A stretch of DNA of 42,333 bases from a virus (lineage: Duplodnaviria; Caudoviricetes), in IMG/VR virus record IMGVR_UViG_3300009684_000058, positions 1-42,333 of that record; one strand, 5' to 3'. Positions within the stretch are counted from its first letter, which is position 1. Every line of letters begins with the position of its first letter. Both the position numbers and the translations under genes were made by a program. The notes under the pieces are model-generated. The model saw only the letters and a program-made list of their open reading frames with translations, ran no database searches and was not told the DNA's origin. This document shows, piece by piece, positions 1 through 8,887 of this stretch.

Positions 1-351
1 GGCGTAATCCATCAGTTTGGATAAAAATGCCAATCTGTATCGGAGTGGCAAGTAATGTAGGTTCAAACCTAGAAAACCATCATTATATCGTTCCAATACC
101 AAAGTAAGTGGAAAGATATCATAGTATGGCAACTTATCTTTGGTCTTTGGATCATAATAATAACAATACAAACCACCAATCATAAAGTTATTGGTGTGTC
201 GAGATTTTTCGGCTGCAATACTATCAGCAATATTACCCGGACTACGGATGATAGAAATCTTCTTCATTAACCAATCCATTGATTCTCTGGACATAGTTTG
301 AAGTTCGGCTGCTGTTTTTTGCTGAGTGAGTTCTGTAAGTTTAGATGCCAT
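1..351 (-). CDS. gp2: DNA end protector protein (T4 gp2-like), 3' end runs off the window
   Basis: Not in the ORF track. Manual translation from ATG at 351 gives MASKLTELTQQK...GGLYCYYYDPKTKDKLPYYDIFPLTLVLERYNDGFLGLNLHYLP. The YDPKxK-LPYYD-FP and GxNLHYLP motifs are typical of gp2, and it lies next to gp4. Confidence 0.88.
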   Translation of the reverse strand, partial: MASKLTELTQQKTAAELQTMSRESMDWLMKKISIIRSPGNIADSIAAEKSRHTNNFMIGGLYCYYYDPKTKDKLPYYDIFPLTLVLERYNDGFLGLNLHYLPLRYRLAFLSKLMDYA

Positions 352-356
352 TTGAT

Positions 357-364
357 TATTTAGT
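357..364 (-). promoter_or_regulatory. Late-promoter variant ACTAAATA for gp2
   Basis: Resembles the T4 gp55-dependent TATAAATA box and ends 5 nt before the gp2 ATG. Confidence 0.5.
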
Positions 365-372
365 TGTTATTT

Positions 373-380
373 TATAAATA
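373..380 (+). promoter_or_regulatory. T4-type late promoter TATAAATA for the NUMOD3 gene
   Basis: Exact consensus in an intergenic position upstream of ORF 439. Confidence 0.75.
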
Positions 381-383
381 GGT

Positions 384-433
384 GTAGGTCGCCGAGCGGG
401 AACTCGCACCTACTCTAACATTGTAAAGGAATG
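384..433 (+). promoter_or_regulatory. Structured GC-rich 5' leader (two hairpins) of the NUMOD3 gene
   Basis: GTAGGT(384-389) pairs with ACCTAC(408-413) and encloses CGAG(393-396)/CTCG(403-406). CATT(419-422)/AATG(430-433) encloses most of the AAAGGA Shine-Dalgarno. Confidence 0.55.
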
Positions 434-438
434 CCAGC

Positions 439-705
439 ATGAAATATATATCAATCACTCAAGAACAGTTTAATACTTACAATAAATTACTTTGTTTGGA
501 ATTTGATATGGAATTTCAATATATTGGTACTGGAACCATTATTTTTGAAACATCTAAAGTTAGCCAAATAGGAATGACCGGGAAAAATATGAGTAAGGAA
601 GCTAAAAGAAAAATATCCATTTCAAGAACCGGTAAAAAACATAGTGAAGAAACCAAACAAAAAATAGCCAATTCTAGGCTCGGTAAAAAATATCCAAAAA
701 ATTAA
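439..705 (+). CDS. Small NUMOD3-motif DNA-binding protein with no recognisable nuclease domain (homing-endonuclease derivative)
   Basis: Tandem NUMOD3-like motifs GKNMSKEAKRKIS and GKKHSEETKQKIA. Has its own late promoter and AAGGA SD. No GIY-YIG or HNH motif in the 88 aa. Confidence 0.7.
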   Translation: MKYISITQEQFNTYNKLLCLEFDMEFQYIGTGTIIFETSKVSQIGMTGKNMSKEAKRKISISRTGKKHSEETKQKIANSRLGKKYPKN

Positions 706-1136
706 AGTCCTAGATGGTCTTCCGTAATTAACATGAACTGCCAACCACGGTCTAAACAGAATTCTGTTGCAGCTTTCCATTTGGCCTGATTGACACCCCA
801 AGTTTGAACTTCAATCAGGTATTGTTTGGTAATTCTTTTACGAATCTCTGGTTGAATGGTTTGTTTCTTGGGTTTAACCTCTAACATCATCGTTTTGAGT
901 GTTCCATCTTTGGTTCTCATTTTTACGATGAAATCGGGAAAGTATCGATGCCTACGATTATCTATTGGTGAAACGTATGGAACTATGAGTTCCTCTGAAG
1001 CCCAAGATATAATTGATGGATTCTGGTCAAGCCATGACATCACCTTACATTCCCATGAGGAACGATAAATTATATTATTTGCATCACCAATATACTTTTT
1101 TGGGTGCTTGGGTATGAATTGTCCTTTATAAGCCAT
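702..1136 (-). CDS. gp4: Head completion nuclease (T4 gp4-like, TnsA-N/PD-(D/E)xK fold)
   Basis: MAYKGQFIPKHPKKYIGD..IIYRSSWE..W.SEE..VPY..HRYFPDF..EVKP..Q..NQAKWKAA..ITE. Start moved to the conserved MAYKG ATG at 1136. Confidence 0.93.
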   Translation of the reverse strand: MAYKGQFIPKHPKKYIGDANNIIYRSSWECKVMSWLDQNPSIISWASEELIVPYVSPIDNRRHRYFPDFIVKMRTKDGTLKTMMLEVKPKKQTIQPEIRKRITKQYLIEVQTWGVNQAKWKAATEFCLDRGWQFMLITEDHLGL

Positions 1137-1149
1137 ATAAATATGTATA
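1136..1149. promoter_or_regulatory. Overlapping divergent late promoters: TATAAATA (+, 1136-1143) for gp48 and TATACATA (-, 1142-1149) for gp4
   Basis: Exact box on the plus strand. One-mismatch box on the minus strand ending 5 nt before the gp4 ATG. Confidence 0.6.
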
Positions 1150-1172
1150 TTCAATCCAAAAAGAGAAATGCC

Positions 1173-2447
1173 ATGGGTCTGTCAGTCATTCCAACCAATA
1201 TAGGTGGGGTTAATATTCCATTAGCCCAATTGCAAGGACCACTTGCATCACTATTTCAAGACCAATCTTCACAAAACTTAATGTTTCCATCAGATTTGGC
1301 AACAAATCCTTCGATGGGTCATGCAGTTTTTATTACTGTTCATGATTATACATCAGGTTTTGTGGACGATGCTGGAAAATTAGCAGATGTTGCCGGTATG
1401 GCAGGAAAAGATATTGCAAATTCCATGAGTTCTGGTGCTAGCCTTACATCAAAAATTGCAGATGCGGTTGTTACTGGCACAACTAGTGTAATGAAAAATA
1501 CAGATACTCCAAGTATTTTAAATTATCTTACAGCAAAACAATATAACAGAACAGCCTTACAAAAATCATTAGCAAATATTTCTTTGTTTATGCCAGATAC
1601 CTTGGTTGCACAACACGACCCACAATACCAAGAAGTTAGTATGACAGAAGTTTTGGGTTTAAAAGGTTATCTAGGTAATGCTTATCAAGATTTTGGTGGT
1701 GCTAGCGGAATTAAAAGTTTAATTGATAATTCAAATACTTTTTTAAAATCTGATTTGGCTAAATTAGGCGTTTCAAAAGTTGCCGAAAGAATTAATTCTG
1801 CTACCGGCGGTACCGCAGGTTTAGGTGCGGTAGCACAACAAGCTATGGGTTCTGTTTCTAATCCACAAATGCAATTATTATTCAAAGGTGTTGGATTAAG
1901 AACTTTTACCTTAGAATTTTTAATGACACCAAAAAATGCACAAGAAGCAGCAATGGTTAAAGATATTGTTGATACATTTACATTTTATTCATTACCTGGT
2001 TTTTCTGGTGGTGCAGATGGAAAATCTGGTCAATATTTAACTCCTCCACAAATATTTAAAATTAAATTTAAATTTTTAGGTGGAAATGGAATTCTTGACA
2101 ATTTAAAAAATTCATTTCAATCTGCAATGAATAGAATTGGTTTAGGATTTTTAACTTCACAAAATCCAAGTGATACGGTTGAAAATGCAAAAGATGCTAA
2201 AATTATGTCAATTCGTGATTGTGTATTGGAAAATATGAGTGTCGATTATGCACCTAACGGCTGGGCAGCATATAATGATGGTTATGGAATTCAAACTCGT
2301 TTAAATTTAACATTTAAAGAAATGTCTATTATGACAAAAGAAGATGTTAAAAATAATAAAGTTGCAAAAAATTATAGTCGAAGTCCAGGCCAAGTTGCAA
2401 TAAATGGTTATCAAGATGCTTGGAACAACGATCCAATGGACAGATAA
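1173..2447 (+). CDS. gp48: Baseplate tail-tube cap (T4 gp48-like)
   Basis: ISLFMPD..., NPQMQLLFKGVGLRTFTLEFLMTPKNAQEA, P.IF.I.F, CVLENMSVDYAPNG, LNLTFKE. Start moved to ATG 1173, downstream of the late promoter. Confidence 0.85.
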   Translation: MGLSVIPTNIGGVNIPLAQLQGPLASLFQDQSSQNLMFPSDLATNPSMGHAVFITVHDYTSGFVDDAGKLADVAGMAGKDIANSMSSGASLTSKIADAVVTGTTSVMKNTDTPSILNYLTAKQYNRTALQKSLANISLFMPDTLVAQHDPQYQEVSMTEVLGLKGYLGNAYQDFGGASGIKSLIDNSNTFLKSDLAKLGVSKVAERINSATGGTAGLGAVAQQAMGSVSNPQMQLLFKGVGLRTFTLEFLMTPKNAQEAAMVKDIVDTFTFYSLPGFSGGADGKSGQYLTPPQIFKIKFKFLGGNGILDNLKNSFQSAMNRIGLGFLTSQNPSDTVENAKDAKIMSIRDCVLENMSVDYAPNGWAAYNDGYGIQTRLNLTFKEMSIMTKEDVKNNKVAKNYSRSPGQVAINGYQDAWNNDPMDR

Positions 2448-2450
2448 AAA

Positions 2451-3077
2451 ATGAAATACTTTGATACATTTCCGTTTGTTACCACGGCCGATAATAAAGG
2501 TAACTATACTCAATTGGTTAATCTTACATTAAGAACCAAGTTAATTCCACAACTTTCTAAAAATCCATTAATATTTTACAAGTATGCAATTCAAGAAGGT
2601 GATACACCAGAGATTATTGCAAACAAATATTATGGCAGTCCATATCGTTATTGGATGGTTTTGATTGCCAATGAGATTGCTGATCCACAATGGGAATGGC
2701 CATTATCTACACAGCAATTTACTAAATTTATTATCGATAAGTATAAAGCTGCCGCTGGTAGTCAATCACCAATTGATTATACACAGGTTACTAATCACCA
2801 CTATGAAAAATTAATTACCACATATGATGATTCAAATCAAACCACGGTTATTAAAAATATTGTCATTGATAAAGATACTTACGACTACACAGTAGAAACC
2901 ACAAAGCAATCAAAGTTTGATTATGGTGGTATTGTTACTTATACTGTAACTAAGAAAGCCGTTTCTATATTTGATTATGAAAATGAATTAAATGAAAAGA
3001 AACGAAATATCAAATTAATTAATGCAAATTACATTGCTGATATTGAAAATCAATTTAAATACCTAATGAACTTATAA
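2451..3077 (+). CDS. gp53: Baseplate wedge subunit (T4 gp53-like, LysM-like)
   Basis: MKYFDTFP, YAIQEGDTPEIIANKYYGSPYRYWMVLIANEI.DPQWEWPL, HHYE, YENELNEKKRNIKL. Confidence 0.92.
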   Translation: MKYFDTFPFVTTADNKGNYTQLVNLTLRTKLIPQLSKNPLIFYKYAIQEGDTPEIIANKYYGSPYRYWMVLIANEIADPQWEWPLSTQQFTKFIIDKYKAAAGSQSPIDYTQVTNHHYEKLITTYDDSNQTTVIKNIVIDKDTYDYTVETTKQSKFDYGGIVTYTVTKKAVSIFDYENELNEKKRNIKLINANYIADIENQFKYLMNL

Positions 3078-3078
3078 T

Positions 3079-4518
3079 ATGGCAGACATTAGCAATCCTA
3101 CTGGTGGCACCAAGGTATTACGATACCCCACAGAGTATCAACTATCACTATTGAATCTATACACCTCCGTTCAAGGAGAAAGTATAGTTAATTTGATTCC
3201 GTTTTTGATGGAATTAAATTTATTTGAGGACATTTATGGAAATACCATATCTGGTCAATTATTGTTATCTGATGCTGTAGGATTAATTTCAAACTTCTCA
3301 TTGAGTGGTAATGAATTCATCCAAATCAAGTTACAAAAAACTGAAGGTGATGAATACGCACTTACAAGAAATTTTAGAGTATACAAAATTACCAATAGGT
3401 CACCAGCCGACAGTAACAACTATGAATTGTATACCTTGAATTTTGTTTCTGAAGAATTCTTGGTATCTGAACAATATCGTATATCCAAGTCCTACAAAGG
3501 TAAAAAGGTATCAGAAATCATTACTGATATTCTTAAAAACTATTTAAAAGTGGGTTCTGGTAAAAAGAAACAAATGTCAATAAGTGAAACGCAAGGCACT
3601 TATGATTTTATTCTACCAAACAAAAAGTTATTTGAAACCATTAATTGGTTGTCCAGTTATGCATTACCAAAGGCTGGAGTTGGTGAAGGTGCTGACATGA
3701 TATTCTTTGAGAATTCGGATGGGTACTGGTTTAAATCTTTGCAAGAGTTATATGCACAAAAGGTATACAGAACTTATCGGTTTGATCCAAAAAACCTTTC
3801 AAATCAACAAATAGATGCACAGTTATCAAACGTATATAAGTTTGAAATTTTAAACTTGTTTGATACTTTGAGTGCCATTAAAAACGGAACATTCTCAAAT
3901 AGAGTTATTACGATTGATCCATTGTTAAGGAAAGTTAAAACAACCGATTTTAATTATGATACTTATTCAAAGAAAGCAACAAAGATAAACGGATACTCAT
4001 TAACGAATAATTATAAAAATCGCATGAACAAAACGATTTATGATGCCCCTCCTGCCGATTTGAATCATGGCACATTAAGGATGGTTACATCAAACTCTGA
4101 ACAAAAGAAGAGCGCCTTTGTTACCGGTAAAGCTGGCGGGCCAAATTATGTTGGTTCTGATATTTTTATTGAAAAGTATATGCCAAATCGGGTGGCGCAG
4201 ATTGCATTGGCCAATTATATTAGAATTAAATTAACAATTGCTGGCGATCCATTCATAACTGTTGGTAGAATTGTGGATTTTGAAACATTAAAAGATAATC
4301 CTAATGCAAGTTTTTCTAAAGCAGGTTCAGCACCGGCAAGAGCAAGAGATCCAATGTTATCAGGTAAATATTTGGTGACAGCCGTTAGGCACATAGTTAG
4401 GAACAACTCCTATATAACTGTGTTGGAATTATGCAAAGATAGCTTTGAAGAAAAGATATCATCTTTTAATACTGGCGATGGTACATTACAGAGCCTTGTC
4501 AATGGTGAGCAATTATAA
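3079..4518 (+). CDS. Baseplate hub protein (gp27-like)
   Basis: Lies between gp53 and gp5. Motifs E.NLFEDI..NTISG.L.L.DA, FFENSDGYWFKSL, I.GDP.ITVG..V and SGKYLVTAVRH are typical of gp27/VgrG-type hubs. Confidence 0.7.
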   Translation: MADISNPTGGTKVLRYPTEYQLSLLNLYTSVQGESIVNLIPFLMELNLFEDIYGNTISGQLLLSDAVGLISNFSLSGNEFIQIKLQKTEGDEYALTRNFRVYKITNRSPADSNNYELYTLNFVSEEFLVSEQYRISKSYKGKKVSEIITDILKNYLKVGSGKKKQMSISETQGTYDFILPNKKLFETINWLSSYALPKAGVGEGADMIFFENSDGYWFKSLQELYAQKVYRTYRFDPKNLSNQQIDAQLSNVYKFEILNLFDTLSAIKNGTFSNRVITIDPLLRKVKTTDFNYDTYSKKATKINGYSLTNNYKNRMNKTIYDAPPADLNHGTLRMVTSNSEQKKSAFVTGKAGGPNYVGSDIFIEKYMPNRVAQIALANYIRIKLTIAGDPFITVGRIVDFETLKDNPNASFSKAGSAPARARDPMLSGKYLVTAVRHIVRNNSYITVLELCKDSFEEKISSFNTGDGTLQSLVNGEQL

Positions 4519-4835
4519 TGGATAGAAATAGTTTTCTTGGAAATCAATTTGTTTGGTGGGTTGGTGTGGTTGAAAATGAAATTGATCCATTGGGCGCTGG
4601 TCGTGCTCAAGTTCGTATATTTGGATGGCACACAGCCGATAAAAGTTTGTTACCATCAAAAGATTTGCCGTGGGCTCATCCGGTACACTCAATCAATAAT
4701 TCAAGAACTTGGTCTCCATTACAATCGGCTGGAAAAGATGGTACTCCCGCAGATTGGGTTGTGGGATTTTTTATGGATGGAGAATCAGGACAGTTTCCAG
4801 TAATGTTTGGAGTTTTACCAGGAATACCTCAATAA
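4518..4835 (+). CDS. gp5: gp5 N-terminal OB-fold domain as a stand-alone ORF
   Basis: FVWWVGVVEN..DPLGAGRAQVRIFGWHT..LP..DLPWA...DWVVGFFMDGESGQFPVMFGVLPG, then TAA. Confidence 0.88.
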   Translation: MDRNSFLGNQFVWWVGVVENEIDPLGAGRAQVRIFGWHTADKSLLPSKDLPWAHPVHSINNSRTWSPLQSAGKDGTPADWVVGFFMDGESGQFPVMFGVLPGIPQ

Positions 4836-4836
4836 A

Positions 4837-5499
4837 ATGGCTGACCAATTAGATTCGATAGCGGAACAAGGCACAGTAATTACTGCGCCAACAAATACCA
4901 CTTGGCAAGCAAACAATGCTTCCACATTAACGGGTGGTGCAGTCGGTCGTGTAAAAGGCACCATGCAAGAATTGGCTGCGGCCAAAAGAGAACATAATTG
5001 TGATATTTGTGCTGGTGTGAATAAAGATATTGCGGTGGCCAAAGCAGAAATTATGCTGTTTGTTGGCACTTTAAGAACAACCATCGAAGGTTTGTTTGCA
5101 GGAACATCTTCTAATCCTGCGGTAGAAGATATTAAACAACAGATATCAGCAGTCAAAGCCAAAGTTAAAGCAATTAAAAAAGAAATTGAACCAATACAAG
5201 AACAAATTAAAGCAATTCAGGCATACATTAAAGAAATGCAAGATTTAATTGCATACATTCAATCTTTACCAGGTGAATTACAAGCATTATTACAGGCGTG
5301 TTTATCCGAAGCAACAGCAGGTATAACACAAGCAATTAATGAAATTAAATCTACACCAGGTGCAATTATAAATGAAGTAAAATCTACTGCTCAAGAAACT
5401 ATTAACACAGTCAAAGATATTGAAGCGGCAGTTAATGAAATTCCGGCAGCTGCTACTGATGTGGTAGTATCCGTAACTCCAACTACTCCGGAAGCATAA
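4837..5499 (+). CDS. Alpha-helical/coiled-coil protein lying between the two gp5 halves
   Basis: ATG 1 nt after the gp5-N stop. Heptad-rich (IKQQISAVKAKVKAIKKEIEPIQEQIKAIQAYIKEMQDLIAYIQSLP) with an HNCDIC motif. Confidence 0.7.
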   Translation: MADQLDSIAEQGTVITAPTNTTWQANNASTLTGGAVGRVKGTMQELAAAKREHNCDICAGVNKDIAVAKAEIMLFVGTLRTTIEGLFAGTSSNPAVEDIKQQISAVKAKVKAIKKEIEPIQEQIKAIQAYIKEMQDLIAYIQSLPGELQALLQACLSEATAGITQAINEIKSTPGAIINEVKSTAQETINTVKDIEAAVNEIPAAATDVVVSVTPTTPEA

Positions 5500-5507
5500 G
5501 GTAAAAA

Positions 5508-6383
5508 ATGCCAAATAGTGCATGGACAGAACCAGTTATTGTTGATTTAAAAAATCAACCAAAATATCCATTTAATACTGTAACCGCAACCAAAGGTGGT
5601 CATTCACTTGAAATGGATGACACGCCATCTAAAGAACGTGTGCGTTTGCAACACCGTTCTGGTTCTTTCTTAGAAATGCAGCCCAATGGTGATGAAGTTC
5701 ATAAGATATATGGTGATGGTTATGAAATCATTGCTGGTGCAAAAAATGTAATGATTAAAGGACAATGTAATGTTACCATTAAGGGTGCATCCGTTGTTAC
5801 TATTAATGGTGATTCTGTAATTAATGTAGATGGTGATGCCACACAGTTTGTTAAAGGTAATCTGGTACAACAAGTGAATGGTACTGCAAAGATTACGGCC
5901 AAAGGTGATATGGATTTAACCTCAAAAGAAGATATTACAATGTCCGCACAGAATGTTTATGTCAATGCAGATTTATCGGTTCGTGGTGCAATTTCTTCTA
6001 CATTAAGTATCTCTGCAACAAATAATATCACCGCAGGTATGCAATCATATGCAAAACTTGGCTTTCTTACTCCTGGTTATATTACCGCAGGATCACCTGT
6101 GCCTTTGAATATGGCACCAGGTTCTATTCATACGACCGGTTGGGTGCAAGGTCAATTGGCAACATTTGGCAGAATGTATGGTTTGGCTGGTTTATTAGGT
6201 GGTACAGGACTCATTCAAGGTGTTAATGTTACTGCAATAAAGCAGGTTACTGGTGCCATAGTTTTTGGTGCAGTTGTTAAAGATCCAGTATTCTCGATGG
6301 CTGAGGATCGTGCAATCTTCAATGCACATAAACATTATGATTCTCGTAATGGAGCAACTAGCTTACCAACTCTATTACTTTAA
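5508..6383 (+). CDS. gp5: gp5 C-terminal central spike (beta-helix) with HxH tip
   Basis: PKYPFNTVTATKGGHSLEMDDTPSKERVRLQHRSGSFLEMQPNGD, V/I-x-G 8-residue repeats (VMIKGQCN VTIKGASV VTINGDSV INVDGDAT), and C-terminal FNAHKH. Confidence 0.85.
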   Translation: MPNSAWTEPVIVDLKNQPKYPFNTVTATKGGHSLEMDDTPSKERVRLQHRSGSFLEMQPNGDEVHKIYGDGYEIIAGAKNVMIKGQCNVTIKGASVVTINGDSVINVDGDATQFVKGNLVQQVNGTAKITAKGDMDLTSKEDITMSAQNVYVNADLSVRGAISSTLSISATNNITAGMQSYAKLGFLTPGYITAGSPVPLNMAPGSIHTTGWVQGQLATFGRMYGLAGLLGGTGLIQGVNVTAIKQVTGAIVFGAVVKDPVFSMAEDRAIFNAHKHYDSRNGATSLPTLLL

Positions 6384-6401
6384 ATAGTTGACCACAAGTA
6401 G

Positions 6402-6409
6402 AATAAATA
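6402..6409 (+). promoter_or_regulatory. Late promoter AATAAATA for gp25
   Basis: Intergenic, ends 4 nt before ATG 6414. The same octamer recurs upstream of several genes. Confidence 0.65.
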
Positions 6410-6413
6410 AACA

Positions 6414-6806
6414 ATGGCATATAACGACCACATTTACTCCGATTTAGATTTGACATTCAAAAAGGTTCCTGGAACCAAAGATGTTGCTATGAAGTATGAC
6501 GAACAAGCGGTTATTCGTTCTATTCGTAATCTTTTATCGACCAGTTTATATGAAAGGTTGTTTCAACCTGACATTGGAAGTTCACTCAACAAACTACTAT
6601 TTGAACCTGTCACTTCAATAACAGCAACAATGATTGAAGATGAAATTGTTAGAATGATTTACAACTATGAGCCTAGAGCTTCTGTAAGTCAAATTTTTGT
6701 TACTGCCAAAGCGGACAGTAATGAATTCGATGTTTCCATGTATCTTTTGATTGGAAACCAAACCACACCTACCGCATTTAACTTAATATTAACGAGGTCC
6801 AGATAA
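6414..6806 (+). CDS. gp25: Baseplate wedge subunit (T4 gp25-like)
   Basis: YSDLDLTF..P...DV....EQAVIRSIRNLL.T..YERLFQPDIGS....LFEP...I.NYEPR. Confidence 0.93.
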   Translation: MAYNDHIYSDLDLTFKKVPGTKDVAMKYDEQAVIRSIRNLLSTSLYERLFQPDIGSSLNKLLFEPVTSITATMIEDEIVRMIYNYEPRASVSQIFVTAKADSNEFDVSMYLLIGNQTTPTAFNLILTRSR

Positions 6807-8887
6807 TGGCCGGAGCAAATTCAAATATTCAATTAACTTCCTTAGATTTTAATACACTCAAAGGTAGTTTTAAAAACTTTCTAAGAAGTCAAGATACATT
6901 CAAAGATTACAACTTTGAAGGTTCTGGTATGGCTGTTCTTTTGGATGTTTTAGCGTATAACACACAGTATAATGCATACTACTTAAATCAAGTGGCCAAT
7001 GAAATGTTCTTGGACTCTGCGGTTCAAAGAGCATCTGTGGTTTCTCATGCAAAATTATTAAACTATACTCCAAAATCTGCAATTTGTCCTACTGCAACTG
7101 TTAATATTGTTATTGATAATGTTTCTCAGTCATCATTAACTTTACCAGCATATACTACATTCCTTTGTTCAACAATTAATAATGTTAACTATACCTTTGT
7201 TAATACAAATGCATATACAGTTAATGTGGTAAATGGTACCGCAACTTTTAATAATGTTGAAATTAAACAAGGTGTATTGTCAAACTATAACTTCACAGTA
7301 AATTCAACTACTAACCCAACTTATACATTTGAAATTCCTGATGATGCAATTGATACCACATCTATGTTTGTATCGGTTCAAGATTCTTTAGCAAACTCAT
7401 CATATGACATCTATTCATTGGCCGATAGTTATTTGTCATTAACCGGCGAATCAAAAGTATACTTTTTACAAGAATCATTAAAAAATAATTATGAAATCTA
7501 TTTTGGTGATGGAATTCTTGGTAAAAAATTAACTGATGGAAACATTGTTTCTGTTGCATACCTTTCTACTGAAGGTTCTGCTGCGGCAGGTGCAAACAGT
7601 TTCACTATGATGGATTCTGTTGCAGGATATACACCAACCTCAGTTAACTCTGTAATAGCTGCAACACAAGGTGGTACAAAAGAATCTATCGATTCTATTA
7701 AGTTTCAGGCACCAAAATCATTCTCAGCACAAAAACGTGCAGTTAGTAAAAACGATTATATTTCTGCAATTCAACAAAATAAATTGGGTATTGCGTTTGA
7801 TGCTATTTCTGTATGGGGTGGAGAAGAAAATGATCCGCCAGTATATGGCCAAATCTTTGTATCTTTAAAACCAACTGGTGCATATAAGATAACCGATACA
7901 CAAAAAACACAAATTATTAATGAAGTTATTAAACCTATTAGTGTTTTAACTATTACACCAACAATTGTTGATCCAGATTACACTTATTTAAAACTAACAG
8001 TCAATGTTGTATATGATCCAAATCAAACTGTTTTGACTGCTTCACAGATTCAAGCAGGTGTTAAGGTTGCTATTCAGAACTTTGCTGATACGACATTAAA
8101 CACATTTAATTCAACATTTAATCCGTATGAGTTATTGGGGGCCATTCAAGGTTTTGATAAATCAATTATCACCAGTGAATATGGCGTTAGAATGGAAAAG
8201 AAATTCTTTCCTAATTTAATTTCTCCAACAACATATAATTTGGCTTACAACACCACATTAAACAAGAGTATGTTTTTGAGTGGTGTGAGTAGTTTACCTG
8301 CCATGTCATATTTAAATCCAAGCAACTTGGCCGAAACTATTACTGGCGTATACTTGGAAGAAATTCCTTCATCCACTAACGGTGTTGAATCTATCTCAGT
8401 TTTAAATCCCGGATTTAATTACACATCTGCACCAACAGTTACTATTCTTGGTGATGGTGAAGGTGCAACAGCTCATGCCGTGATTGTTAATGGTTCAATT
8501 AGTAATGTTGTAATTGATTCTATGGGTACCGGTTATACTAGTGCATTAGCATTAATTACAAATGCTTCTGGAGATACAACCGGCCAAGCTGGCGCATTAA
8601 CTGTAAACCTTGAAGGTCGTTATGGTACAATCCGTTCATATTATTTCGATACAAATACCAATGTTAAGAATATTTTAAATTCAAATGTTGGTACAATCGA
8701 CTATCAGAATGGAATGATTACACTTAATAATTTTAATCCTTCTGCTGTTGATAATACAATTGGTGAGTTGGCCATTTCAGTAAAACCAACCACATCTATT
8801 ATTTCTTCAACATACAATAAGATTATTACTGTTGATCCATATGACACCAATTCAATCGTTGTTAATGTAACTGCCAAAAGTTCATGA
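6806..8887 (+). CDS. gp6: Baseplate wedge subunit (T4 gp6-like)
   Basis: LDFNTLK..FKDYNFEGSGMAVLLDVLAYNTQYNAYY..NEMFLDSAVQRASVVSHAK.LNYTPKS, YEIYFGDG.LGK, ESIDSIKFQAP..QKRAVS..DY, VWGGEENDPP.YG. Confidence 0.96.
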   Translation: MAGANSNIQLTSLDFNTLKGSFKNFLRSQDTFKDYNFEGSGMAVLLDVLAYNTQYNAYYLNQVANEMFLDSAVQRASVVSHAKLLNYTPKSAICPTATVNIVIDNVSQSSLTLPAYTTFLCSTINNVNYTFVNTNAYTVNVVNGTATFNNVEIKQGVLSNYNFTVNSTTNPTYTFEIPDDAIDTTSMFVSVQDSLANSSYDIYSLADSYLSLTGESKVYFLQESLKNNYEIYFGDGILGKKLTDGNIVSVAYLSTEGSAAAGANSFTMMDSVAGYTPTSVNSVIAATQGGTKESIDSIKFQAPKSFSAQKRAVSKNDYISAIQQNKLGIAFDAISVWGGEENDPPVYGQIFVSLKPTGAYKITDTQKTQIINEVIKPISVLTITPTIVDPDYTYLKLTVNVVYDPNQTVLTASQIQAGVKVAIQNFADTTLNTFNSTFNPYELLGAIQGFDKSIITSEYGVRMEKKFFPNLISPTTYNLAYNTTLNKSMFLSGVSSLPAMSYLNPSNLAETITGVYLEEIPSSTNGVESISVLNPGFNYTSAPTVTILGDGEGATAHAVIVNGSISNVVIDSMGTGYTSALALITNASGDTTGQAGALTVNLEGRYGTIRSYYFDTNTNVKNILNSNVGTIDYQNGMITLNNFNPSAVDNTIGELAISVKPTTSIISSTYNKIITVDPYDTNSIVVNVTAKSS

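Noticed and set aside
381-438. tRNA or known self-cleaving ribozyme in the GC-rich leader
   Set aside because: No cloverleaf or T-loop, and I could not fit a hammerhead or HDV-like fold by eye. Kept only as an unassigned structured leader.
702-1136. TnsA-like transposase indicating a Tn7-type element
   Set aside because: The sequence and its position next to gp2 and gp48 match the T4 gp4 head-completion nuclease. No other transposition genes or terminal repeats are present.
1104-1172. Longer N-termini given by the ORF track for gp48 (1104), gp4 (1154), ORF 4807 and the oxygenase (39488)
   Set aside because: They overlap neighbouring genes or promoters, or lack an SD. Downstream ATGs fit conserved N-termini or SD spacing better.
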